Below are positions 54,501 to 64,000 of a DNA stretch of 64,000 nt, piece by piece. The DNA is taken from the NCBI GenBank assembly GCA_964035545.1, contig OZ037766.1, positions 1,736,001-1,800,000 of the forward strand, read 5' to 3'. Made by a program: the position numbers and the translations under genes. The notes under the pieces are model-generated. The model was not told where the DNA came from, did not search any database, and saw nothing but the letters and a program-made list of their open reading frames with translations. How positions within the stretch are numbered: the first letter of the stretch is position 1; each line of letters opens with the position of its first letter. The stretch comes from Bugula neritina. Taxonomy: Eukaryota; Animalia; Bryozoa.

Positions 54501-57500
54501 TTCAGCTTCGAACTTCCAGTTCACCAAATAACAACAAACAGCCTCAGATCACTGGTTATTCCTCAGGAAACTGTAGCACTGAGGCTATATTTACCAACGA
54601 GCCAACATAACATAACACCTTGAGACACTACGCAGATTGGTTGTATCATCATAGTATGCAGAAATATCTATTCTATGAGATCTTAAGAGTACTTCAGTTG
54701 GAGCATTAATAATAGAACCAACAAAACTGTAACACTTTTAATGAAACTTTCTATAACAGAATTAATTGGTCTATACTAGTATTTCCAGCCCTACAGAGCC
54801 AAGAAGACCCCGGGGTGCTCTCGCAGAGTTCTGTGATGATAACGAGAGAGAAATAAAACTCAAATTGACTTCTCTAACTCAGAAGGTGACATCATGTGAC
54901 TACAACCTGCAGAGAGCAGAAACACACAAGAGAAGACAACTTTGAAGATTACGTGGCACTGTGGCGTGACTAGACAGATAAGATGAAATAATGCTGGTAC
55001 AGCGAGGTTTTTAAACGTTCTACAAACTGACATTTAGACCAAAGTACCAGCATCTAGCTAATCATATAATCCTTAACCCGGGGAAATTTTAAAGGAACAT
55101 AGAAATGTTGATGAACTCCAACAAGTTCCTATCAAAGTAGCAGTGAGTTTATCTCATTTCTTGTATGTTTGCCTTGTCAGAGTAGAGCTTAGGGAGTGTG
55201 TCACAGTGAATGAATTGAACGTCACAGCTGATGTCACAACAGCCTTCACTCTTTAGCCACTATGAGCACTGCTAGTAAACTAACTCGTATAGGTGAGTGT
55301 AAGTGAGTGTAGTTGGGTAAAGGTGGGTACAGGTGAGTGTAGGCGAGTACAGGTGAGTACAGGTGAGTACAGGTGAGTGTAGGTGGTACAGGTGAGTACA
55401 GGTGAGTGTAGGTGGGTACAGGTGAGTACAGGTGAGTGTAGAAACTGGTCTCATGTACAAAAGCCATGATGTGCGTCCAGTATGAAACTCTCATTCTAAG
55501 TTTATATTAACTACATCCAACTAAGAGAGTCTACGGAACTATCAAGGATAAGGAAATTGAGTTTCTATAATTTAGCATTAAATGTGAAACACGCAGGCAG
55601 CAAACAAAGTCAGCAAACATGTGGGCGCTAACCATCAAATAGAGTGGAAATTCAGCGAATCAAAATCAATAGATTGTAAACAACGGACAAGTATTGACTA
55701 TCTTCAACTATGATGCATAGTTTAGTATTTGCTATCAGCTATTAGTAAGTGCTTGTATAGTGGGAGTATATCATACTGAAGTAAAGTTTCCATCAGATAA
55801 TGTGTATAGCCTGAATTCTACTTCTAATAATATTTCATTGTAGTTCATATATAACATTTTATTAAAGATTGTTTTGATAAAAAATCAAATAATGATGAGA
55901 ACTTAATAATTTGGTTTTAAAAATGTTTAGTAAAAATACTCTGTAAATGACTCTGTAATTCATAGATATTGTAGCTGGAATAGAAGCCCACCACATGGTG
56001 GTACAGCTTTCTGTTTAACTGAAAACAATTCACTCACCTTCAACACAAACTTCATATTTACTGCATATGGACGGGTTATACTGGCAACCTGTAAAACAAA
56101 CAAACCAGTTATACTAGTTACTAAGGCTATGTTAGAAGAGGTAAGAAAGACAGAAAGAGTGGCCTACCTTCCCCATTTTGTTATGTGAAATGGTTTGTTA
56201 CCCTCCCCCCCCCCATGACAGGGCCAAATTCATGTTTTAAACTCTAGCTACACTTGAAGTGTGAGCTTAAACTTAAATTAAAGAAAAATAAATAAACCAG
56301 AATAAACTCATTACATTTTACTGCCAGCAACATTGATTTACTGATAAGCAATGTTATTATAACTCCAGCTGCACATAGCCTCATGTGGAAACTTAAACCC
56401 TACAGGATGATTGGACCACGTTCACCTAAACCCACAACTAGGATGTGTTTTGCAACAGCTTTAGGCTAACTTAACACGAAAACTGTTCAATTACAATTCC
56501 ATCCTGAAATTTCAGTGAATTAACTTTGTCTTAATCTACTAAGTCTAGTGACTTAACTTTTCTCAATCTGTCAAGTCTGATGACTTTACTTGTAGCAATC
56601 TATTATTTCCAGAAAAAGTATCATTTTAAAAAACTTGAATTAAGCCACGCCTACATTGATGACGTCACTTATGGCTATTTGTTTAGCTCCTTTTAGTAAA
56701 TACCTTATGCGTCACACCTTATTTATTGCTTCAAGTGTTACATGGTTTAGTTTTATAGATATGGGAGTTGAGAAAAACAATCAGCGGATGCAACTCAGTG
56801 CGTAAACTGAGAGAGTAGGTTTTTAATACAGTGTTTCGTCACTGTGTATTGTGGGCTCGAGAACAGAAAGCTATTAATGCAATGTGCACATTGATTAATG
56901 GGATGCTGGCACTTAGAGAGACCATGTATAAATTAGACTAGGTTATTAGGCCAAGCATTAGCATTTCTTCATTTGTAGATATATTGGCATTATTTCCCTT
57001 CTCACACAACTGCTAGTACTTCATATTAGCTGATGTATTCACCATTAGTCTACAGCACTTGAATTTTCACTTGAGAATTTATTCATTTTGAAAACTACAC
57101 TTGAAATGTAATTGTGCTTCAGCCATGTTAACTTAGGGCAGCAGATTTATTACATGATATCTACTAAAATGCTGCCTTAGGTTGGTATACCATCTAAAGA
57201 CGTCCACACTCTGTCATACAACATGTGTAGGCCTTCAAGTTAATAGTTACACCCTTTCTACAGTAGGTTGGTAGATGCAGAAAAGAAGACTATCTAGGTG
57301 ACCCACAAGTCGTTCCTATCCAATATTTTTTGCTATATGAGTTTGTTATTGCTAAATAAGCTGTGGGCAAATAGTAAAAGAAATAGTCAGTCTAAACTGA
57401 AGGGAATAGCTCGGACGGAGTTTACTGAGTCTACGATAAGTTGTATTAGTAACTTCCTGTAATGAGAACAGCAAGGCAAACACATAGCCGGAACATACAG

Positions 57501-58125
57501 TATCTTAGTCCCTCAAGAGTAGGTTTTAATCAGATTTACCATTCCACTAACGAAATCAATAATAACCCACATCATTTATCATTACCTCCATAGCTAATGA
57601 CAAACACTATCTATAACTTCTAGGATGACGAAAGAGAAAATCTATTAATACAATAACACTGCTAACATTAAGTTATTGTACCAACGCCTCACAAATTTTC
57701 ACAGAGCAGCTTGAAAGGTGAGAGGGAAAGAGATGTAAATGCTACCAAGTGAGAAGAGCTATTATATCATTGAGTCTGCAACAGTTAGGGTAGATCTTAA
57801 CCTCCCCTAACATGGTTGAAACTCAGAACCTAGGCAATTCCATCAGGAATTCTATAAACACCTTTTCAGCTTCCATAAAACAAGAAGCTGTTAGGGGAAG
57901 CTGTTAAAATGTCCAAGCCAGTCTAAGTTATTAAAGACCCACAGTTTAACCGCCGGACACATTTATAAACTAAATGTTAGAATATTAACGCTAGAGTGAA
58001 TAATCAATGTCTGCATTGAAAGAATATTACACCTACTCACCGTATATAGTCATGGGTCTGTGTGGCGTGTTACCAACAGCTACAGCGGCAGTTAGGGCAA
58101 GTGCTAGTAGGAATAGAGGCCCCAT
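27525..58125 (-). CDS. PTPRN: Receptor-type tyrosine-protein phosphatase-like N (IA-2/phogrin ortholog), ~903 aa, 21 exons: 58125-58041, 56088-56038, 53146-52891, 51427-51186, 50150-50085, 49686-49399, 47507-47409, 46652-46526, 46402-46319, 40813-40734, 35733-35663, 35108-34896, 34788-34637, 33083-33029, 32230-32089, 31957-31887, 31691-31491, 31286-31120, 28970-28917, 28567-28503, 27667-27525
   Basis: Signal peptide [16 protein letters not shown]. Cys-rich RESP18-homology region ([36 protein letters not shown]). SEA-like ectodomain ([24 protein letters not shown]), TM helix, YEDLCRQRM, SSTSSWSEEP..MDISTGH, PTP domain with [11 protein letters not shown], and [18 protein letters not shown]. All phases agree (2712 nt). 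Pro-domain exons 4-7 are less certain. This is a single invertebrate ortholog of PTPRN/PTPRN2. Confidence 0.93.
29820..29950. repeat. Purine-rich GGGGTAAGA-type low-complexity repeat (G-quadruplex potential)
   Basis: Repeated GGGGTAAG(A) units and a duplicated GGTAAGATGGCAAGAGGTTAGGGG. Confidence 0.7.
32005..32120 (-). repeat. 45-bp tandem duplication (2 copies plus a partial) of a PTP exon 3' end with its splice donor
   Basis: TCTAAAAATAGATACCCTACTATACTGCCTT|GTATGTTTTTC occurs twice; donors follow 32089 and 32044. Confidence 0.9.
35851..36040. repeat. 34-bp minisatellite, ~5.5 copies (TACTATGGTGTACATGCTATAGCCTAGTATCAAG)
   Basis: Direct observation. Confidence 0.9.
37665..38085. repeat. Two adjacent minisatellites: 21-bp (GTGATGTCACAGAAATGTGTG) and 20-bp (ACTGGGTATATATGAGAAAG)
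   Basis: Direct observation at 37665-37855 and 37920-38085. Confidence 0.9.
39718..39982. repeat. 22-bp minisatellite (GATTTGGTATTACATTGGTACA), ~12 copies
   Basis: Direct observation; it explains the spurious ORFs at 39705-40046. Confidence 0.95.
41764..45563 (-). mobile_element. P-element/THAP9-like transposase gene with internal deletion; exons 45563-45430, 44538-44337, 44255-44142, 43992-43788, 43713-43566, 43481-43442, 43357-43185, 43100-42949, 42479-41764 (~627 aa)
   Basis: THAP zinc finger (CYAYNC..ISFHKFP..W..LCSDHF..LRSGAVP), DHCY plus coiled coil, [73 protein letters not shown], and C-terminal [23 protein letters not shown]. Confidence 0.88.
44945..45350. repeat. (TAG/CAG/TAC)n trinucleotide low-complexity tract in transposase intron 1
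   Basis: Direct observation. Confidence 0.9.
50800..50866 (-). mobile_element. Possible degenerate tRNA-derived SINE head
   Basis: On the - strand, A-box-like TGGTCTGGTAG and B-box-like GGTTCAAAC at tRNA-like spacing; no cloverleaf. Confidence 0.25.
52450..52571 (+). mobile_element. RTE-like LINE 3' remnant
   Basis: Translates [17 protein letters not shown], matching the W..A.[DN]R..WR motif at the end of RTE ORFs. It is followed by AGTCGTATCGACTGA and a (GA)n tail. Confidence 0.5.
55290..55441. repeat. 10-bp minisatellite (AGGTGAGTAC/AGGTGAGTGT)
   Basis: Direct observation, ~14 units. Confidence 0.9.
56660..56667. promoter_or_regulatory. Full CRE palindrome TGACGTCA in PTPRN intron 1
   Basis: Exact match to the CREB/ATF consensus; function not shown. 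Confidence 0.35.
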
Positions 58126-59148
58126 TTTAACTGTCAGATACTAAAAAATATTAATAGCAATTCAAATTTCTTGCTAACAATTTTCACTATTCACTGTTGT
58201 AAGCTCGTTTAGCTATTCCGCGAACTAGTGATGCAAGTTCAATCAATCACAGTCAGTATTGTCATAAATAATTCCTAATGAAAAATATCCTTTGAGATAC
58301 AATCATAAAAAGCAATTCACAATTCAGCGCTATTTTTATCACTGCATGGAAACGCAAAAGCACACAATAGGCAGTAACAGTTATTGCCTTTCATTAGTAC
58401 TGCATTACTAAGCAAACACACCATTGAGAAAACCATACTATTAGAACAAACTTACTATTAGACTATAAATTGATTGAAACCAGATTTCAACACATACATT
58501 CTGCAAGACTTCATAACTGTGTTCATTACAGATCAAATCACTTTAAAAATTGGATATTGGATAAATAGTTGAATATACTAAAATGAAGGGCAACTAACAA
58601 CAGGCTTGCTAGTGAAACAAATATGTGCATCAATAGAAATTGTTATGATGTATGAATATTGACTGTAAGAATACAAATATATATCTATATAATTTATACA
58701 CATATCTATATAATATATAGACTAATAAAACTATTAGTAGTAGTATTACTACTAGTAACTCTAATTGTAAACTGTACTAAAACTTATTTTTATACCTGTT
58801 CAGACAACTTAACGTCTTTTTTACCCATAGTCATAATGAGACCCTGGCTATCATAGTGTTAAATTTTTAGTTTTTCAATGACTACATTAGGCTTTGGCTT
58901 TTTGAACAGAGTCCCAGCCAAGTTTAAAGTTGCAAGTTGACACCCATATAAATTTAAAAAATGATATTCCTAATGATATTCATAAATTTAATTATAATAA
59001 TAACTTATGAGCCTTATACTCATAGCAATTTACAATTACAATGACTGTAATTGTTACATATCACAATCACAATGCTTAAAATTAAACCATATAATTATAT
59101 AATAAAATTAAGCATTAGCTAAAAGTAAAAATAAAAGTAAATTAAAAG

Positions 59149-59515
59149 ATGCGGATCCTGGCCAAAGAGGAATATCATCCTTCACTCTCAAAATTGTATG
59201 AACACCTCATGGACCAGCCCACTACATCAGTTACCACCAGGTCCCAGTCAAATCGCATGCCCACCACTTTTAGGACTAACACCTCACTATTTCATAACAG
59301 CTTCCTACCCAGAACAATACGTGATATGAAAATAACATCAAATGCTGCTCACAGACAGGCCTCATAAGGCCCTGTACTGACACCAAAGTCTTAAAACAGA
59401 ACTGCACCTATGTGATAAAAGTATTAACTACATTTAATAATTCTGTTCACCAAACGAGGCACGTCGTTTACACTAATTTAGTGGTCTACCGTGATTGCAT
59501 CTTCAAGTAAGATTA
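59149..59515 (+). mobile_element. CR1/L2-group LINE 3' fragment
   Basis: GC-richer island in AT-rich DNA. RTNTSLFHNSFLPRTIRD resembles the conserved SF(F/L)PRTIRDWN end of ORF2, followed by a short 3' UTR. Confidence 0.6.
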
Positions 59516-62159
59516 ATACAATATCAATATGAATAAATAAATATTCATTGTGATTGTGACTATGATGTTGATTACTATAATAAAACTCATACTCAATGAA
59601 AATAAATATGATTAACTTTAACATCAGTACTAGTATTACTATTACGATAATCATGCTGATATCAATTATAATTACTAAAACTGTAAAATTAAATGCATAT
59701 ATTTTAACTTTTAAGTAACACTAAAAGTAAAAGTAAAACTAAAAGCTACAACTCATACTCAAGTTAAAAATAAATCATAAACCAATATTTAAAATTAATA
59801 GACGATCACGATGGAAATATCAAATTGAAATTCAAAATCAATGTGAGTCAGAATATTACTGAAATCATAATTATTACCAGTGATTATCAAATTGAATTAT
59901 TCATTTTCAATATGAAGATGAAATTGAATATAAATTAAAATATTATTAAATTTAGATTATTTTGATTTTAGATGATTGAATTTAAAATTACAATTAAACA
60001 TTAAATTTAATCATAATCATACTAATAATAATATTAATAGTGATAATATTTAAACTTAAAGTTAAACAAAAATTCGAACTTAAAGCTAAAGTAAAGCCAA
60101 AGGCACCCTAAAAGTGTAAAACTAAAACTAAAACTAAAAGTAAAAGTAATTTATTTCAACTTTTAAGAATGAACGTCAATCACTAACCACAAAACAGCTA
60201 CATTTGCTACTTGATATTTACGCCACTGAACTGTAAGAGTCTTTACAGAGATCAACCCTTATTATTAGTTATCAAGCCTAGCATCTAAAGAAACAAAGTA
60301 GATCATCCAGATTGGGGCCAATGTGAATGTAAGTTTTACTGTAGCGTCTAACAACATTGACACACCAGGAAAGCACATGTAAATAGAAGTGCAAGGTGTT
60401 TTGCGCCTTTCTGGTCAACGAAATATATATAGTCTTACGATAAAAAATTTAAGCTACATTTTAGCTAACCACCTATTACAGTTTCGTATCTAAGTCGTTA
60501 ATCAAAAGACGTCCCGAACTCTCAGAAACAAAAAAACCACAGTCTACGTTGCTTTGGTGCAAGGAGCCCTGAAACTTGGCTTTCATTCCTTTTTCTTTCT
60601 AAAATTACCTGCAAAACTGCAAGTGTACTGTAAATGCTATTATATTTATTATATTATATTAATACTAATGCAACTACTGATGCAACATAAACTGCTAGTA
60701 TTAGCAAACTGGTAAACTTAAAGTTAAGCAATAAAACATTATTTGAAAAAAAACAAAGCAAATTACTATTAGTTATATTTTAATTTTATAATACAATAAA
60801 ACAAAAATTAAAATAATAACTCAATAAGATTAAGTATAACTATAAGTATAAGTATAAGATTAAATATTCAATTTTATATAATAATATTAATAATTATAAT
60901 ATCAAATACATTATTATTAATATTATTATTTCTTTATTTATATTAGCATTAATAATCATAATGTATCCATAGAATTGAATAAACTTAAACTTGAAGTGAT
61001 AATCAAAATGATCATGGTTTATTATTATCATTATGACTATTACTACAAGTGAGATTCATAATCATAATGTTTAACTTTATCACTATCAGTATCACTATCA
61101 GTGACCATGACTGAACAGTGTACTAGACCTAGTAGGATCAGTGTGAGTATCATTATGACTTAGACTCTGGTCTCTGAGAGTCAGAGTGACTGTGAGTATG
61201 ACCAAATAGAATACTTGAAATTCATGTGTATTTCATGTTAGTTGTACTCGAAGTTGTTAATGTCAGTGAATTGGTGCAAACTTGGAGTTGATCTGTTTTG
61301 GTTTTGGTTTTGGTTTAACTTAATTACTATCACTATGACTATGAGTTGAAAATAAACTCATAATAAACAATTTTAACTGTTTAAGTTCAAATCAAGTAAA
61401 TTAGAAGTCAAACCAATAGTAATACTAATAGTAAAACTAAAAGTTTCGCATCATCAATTATCATCATCATGATCCCGACTAATACATTGTAGAACTAGAA
61501 GTAGAGGACCTTTAACTTAAATTCAATTCAGTTTATATGAATATTTAAACTTAATTTTATCATCATTGTTATGTTTATGACATCATAATTATTCTCTCCT
61601 TGTTTGCATTTAAATATAATATAACTAAGCTTGAAGTTGACCATTTCAATATGTGACAGTGAATATCTTTCATACCATACTCGCACCATTATCGCATCAT
61701 ACCCACGCCTGATTTATAGCTTTGATATGCTTGTCACTTTTCATAAAATTTGTATAATTGTAACAATATTAATATAAATATGAAAAAAATTATATTGTGA
61801 TTAGGCTTTATATTGTGATTAGGCTTTATATTGTGATTAGGCTTGGAGTAAATAATGTGGAAAAGTTGTATTATGCGCTAAAGTTTATTCTCAGACTTTC
61901 ACTGCTTAGTTCCTTTTGGCACCCTGCACAAGTGCTTAAAACATGTTCATTCTAAAACGTCTGAACAATATTTGTTTGGGTCAGTTGTTATTACAGCTGT
62001 GCTAGTTTAAAAAATAACATGTGGCTCAAAATTTCATTGCTGTTTCAATTTTCACTCTTTAAACGATTATGCTAGCTCAATGCTGGACATGGTATATCTG
62101 TATAAATTTTATTTTTTGCCATATATGTGTAGCATGCGAAATATATGTATATGGTGTAC

Positions 62160-62163
<4 letters not shown>

Positions 62164-62216
<53 letters not shown>
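62164..62216. repeat. (TA)n microsatellite
   Basis: Direct observation. Confidence 0.95.
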
Positions 62217-62217
<1 letters not shown>

Positions 62218-62376
62218 GTATTTAGTATACAGTATATTTATATATGCTGTACAATATATTTGTATATATAGTACACCATATATTTAGGATTGTTAATATT
62301 TTGTTATCTTTTACTTGTTTTTAGCTGCTGTCACTAAAAGATTGCTTTGTACACACTTAAAGTAGACACTGTCAGC

Positions 62377-63567
62377 ATGTCACAAACTGCAGTCAGTAAA
62401 GGAGCTGAGGTTGAAAAGGTTGCCATGGCTAAACACGCTGCCGATGCTCCCAAAACAGCTGCTGAAACCTCTAAGATGGCTACCGGTGCTGACCAATCAA
62501 CTAAGAGCGTGGAGAAGCCAGACGAGGTCATCACAGCAGTTTTAGACTCATGGATGGTAGGTGCTGTTTCAACATTCAATGACTTTGCTCTTTCAGTTCG
62601 TCTGTAAATTTTTAGCATGATGAGACAAATCCTAATTATGTGTGTTTTCAAGTCGTGCAAAAATAAGCTCACAGCATACATCACACATATTTGTTTAGAG
62701 ATAATTGTTTCTGGGTTGCAGGTTCGTCCATGTGTTGTGTATGAGGAAGAATATAAAGAATGCAACAGTGAGTTGGCTACTTAATATATGCTATATGCTA
62801 TATATAGGCTACTGTATACTGTATATGCTGTATAGTGTATGTTATATGCAGATGTACTGCATGCTGTAATATATAATATGTACTGTATACTATATATCAA
62901 TAATTATACTTTATACTATTTATATTATAGTGATGCTGTATAGTATATATTATAAATATACTATACACATGTATATTATATAGAAAGATTCAAAGTATTT
63001 ATGTTGTAGTAGCAACTACACTGGGGTTAATATTTCCTTCCTTTCTATCTGACTAAATTCATACTGAAACAGTATTGTTACCGCGTTACACACTTTACCA
63101 ACATGTGTTGGACTTATAAACACTACGAGTTTATTTATGGCTCTATGCTATAATGCTGCTCTTCATGGAGGCCATGAATACTTGACGATTGCATCAATTT
63201 TAACTGATTCTCATAGTGAGTAATAAAATACTGTATCTAATGAAGTACTCATATTCTGGTAGGAAGTTGATGACAAACTTGGGTTTTGTTCAAATCTCAA
63301 AGCTTGGTGGTGAATAATTATATAAGACTGTCCTTTTACACTTACCTGTACATATGCATACGTACAGTCCTATTGTACTTACCTGCACATATACATACGT
63401 ACAGTTCTACTGTACTTACCTGTAAATATGTGTATGTGAACGCGACAGGTGTGAGCGGCAGGTTCCACCAGAGATACGTACACGGTGAAACACTTGACTG
63501 TAATAAATGGTACAATGATTGGAAATCCTGTCAAAAATATGCAACTACCAAAGATCCTAAATATCTG
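62377..63567 (+). CDS. C22orf39: UPF0545/C22orf39 (PANTS) homolog, 3'-partial; exons 62377-62556, 62722-62767, 63449-63567
   Basis: Spliced translation SWMVRPCVVYEEEYKECNSVSGRFHQRYVHGETLDCNKWYNDWKSCQKY reproduces the family Cys pattern RPC..Y..E...C.S....H.YY.HGE...C..W..D...C. Phases are consistent. Confidence 0.85.
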
Positions 63568-63617
63568 GTAGGTAAAGGTCTTTGCTAGCCTGCAGCTGCC
63601 ATATTGCTCTTTAATTG

Positions 63618-64000
63618 GTGACAGGTGTATTGTAGTAGTGACAGGTGTATTGTAGTAGTGACAGGTGTATTGTAGTAGTGACAGGTGTATTGTAGTAGTG
63701 ACAGGTGTATTGTAGTAGTGACAGGTCTATTGTAGTAGTGACAGGTGTATTGTAGTAGTGACAGGTCTATTGTAGTAGTGACAGGTGTATTGTAGTAGTG
63801 ACAGGTGTATTGTAGTAGTGACAGGTGTATTATAGTAGTGACAGGTGTATTGTAGTAGTGACAGGTGTATTGTAGCAGTGACATGTGTATTGTAGTAGTG
63901 ACAGGCGTATTGTAGTAGTGACAGGTGTATTGTAGTAGTGACGGGTGTATTGTAGTAGTGACATGTGTATTGTAGTAGTGACAGGTGTATTGTAGTAGTG
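63618..64000. repeat. 20-bp minisatellite (GTGACAGGTGTATTGTAGTA), at least 19 copies, running off the window
   Basis: Direct observation. Confidence 0.95.

Noticed and set aside
62334-62765. 143-aa - strand ORF
   Set aside because: Antisense to the C22orf39 exons, which have the supported splice sites and family motif.

Overview
AT-rich, intron-containing invertebrate (probably lophotrochozoan-like; species not determinable) nuclear DNA. Gene models were built by hand from GT-AG boundaries and phase continuity. The window holds the 3' six exons of STOML2 (+, 50-3516), a 2-exon low-complexity orphan gene (-, 7852-4511), a 5-exon ankyrin-repeat gene (-, 20661-14015), a complete 21-exon IA-2/PTPRN-type receptor pseudophosphatase (-, 58125-27525, ~903 aa) and the 5' exons of a C22orf39/UPF0545 homolog (+, from 62377). 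Two mobile elements stand out. (1) A young, 5'-truncated Penelope-like retroelement of Naiad type (RT + GIY-YIG) sits in a (TA)n tract, with a ~553-bp inverted pseudo-LTR and a type I hammerhead ribozyme on each strand. (2) A 9-exon P-element/THAP9-like transposase gene is nested co-directionally in PTPRN intron 9; it lacks the catalytic Asp/GTP-binding core yet still splices in frame. The window also contains many minisatellites, several seeded on splice donors (one duplicates the KNRY loop of the phosphatase domain), RFX X-box clusters and small LINE 3' remnants.
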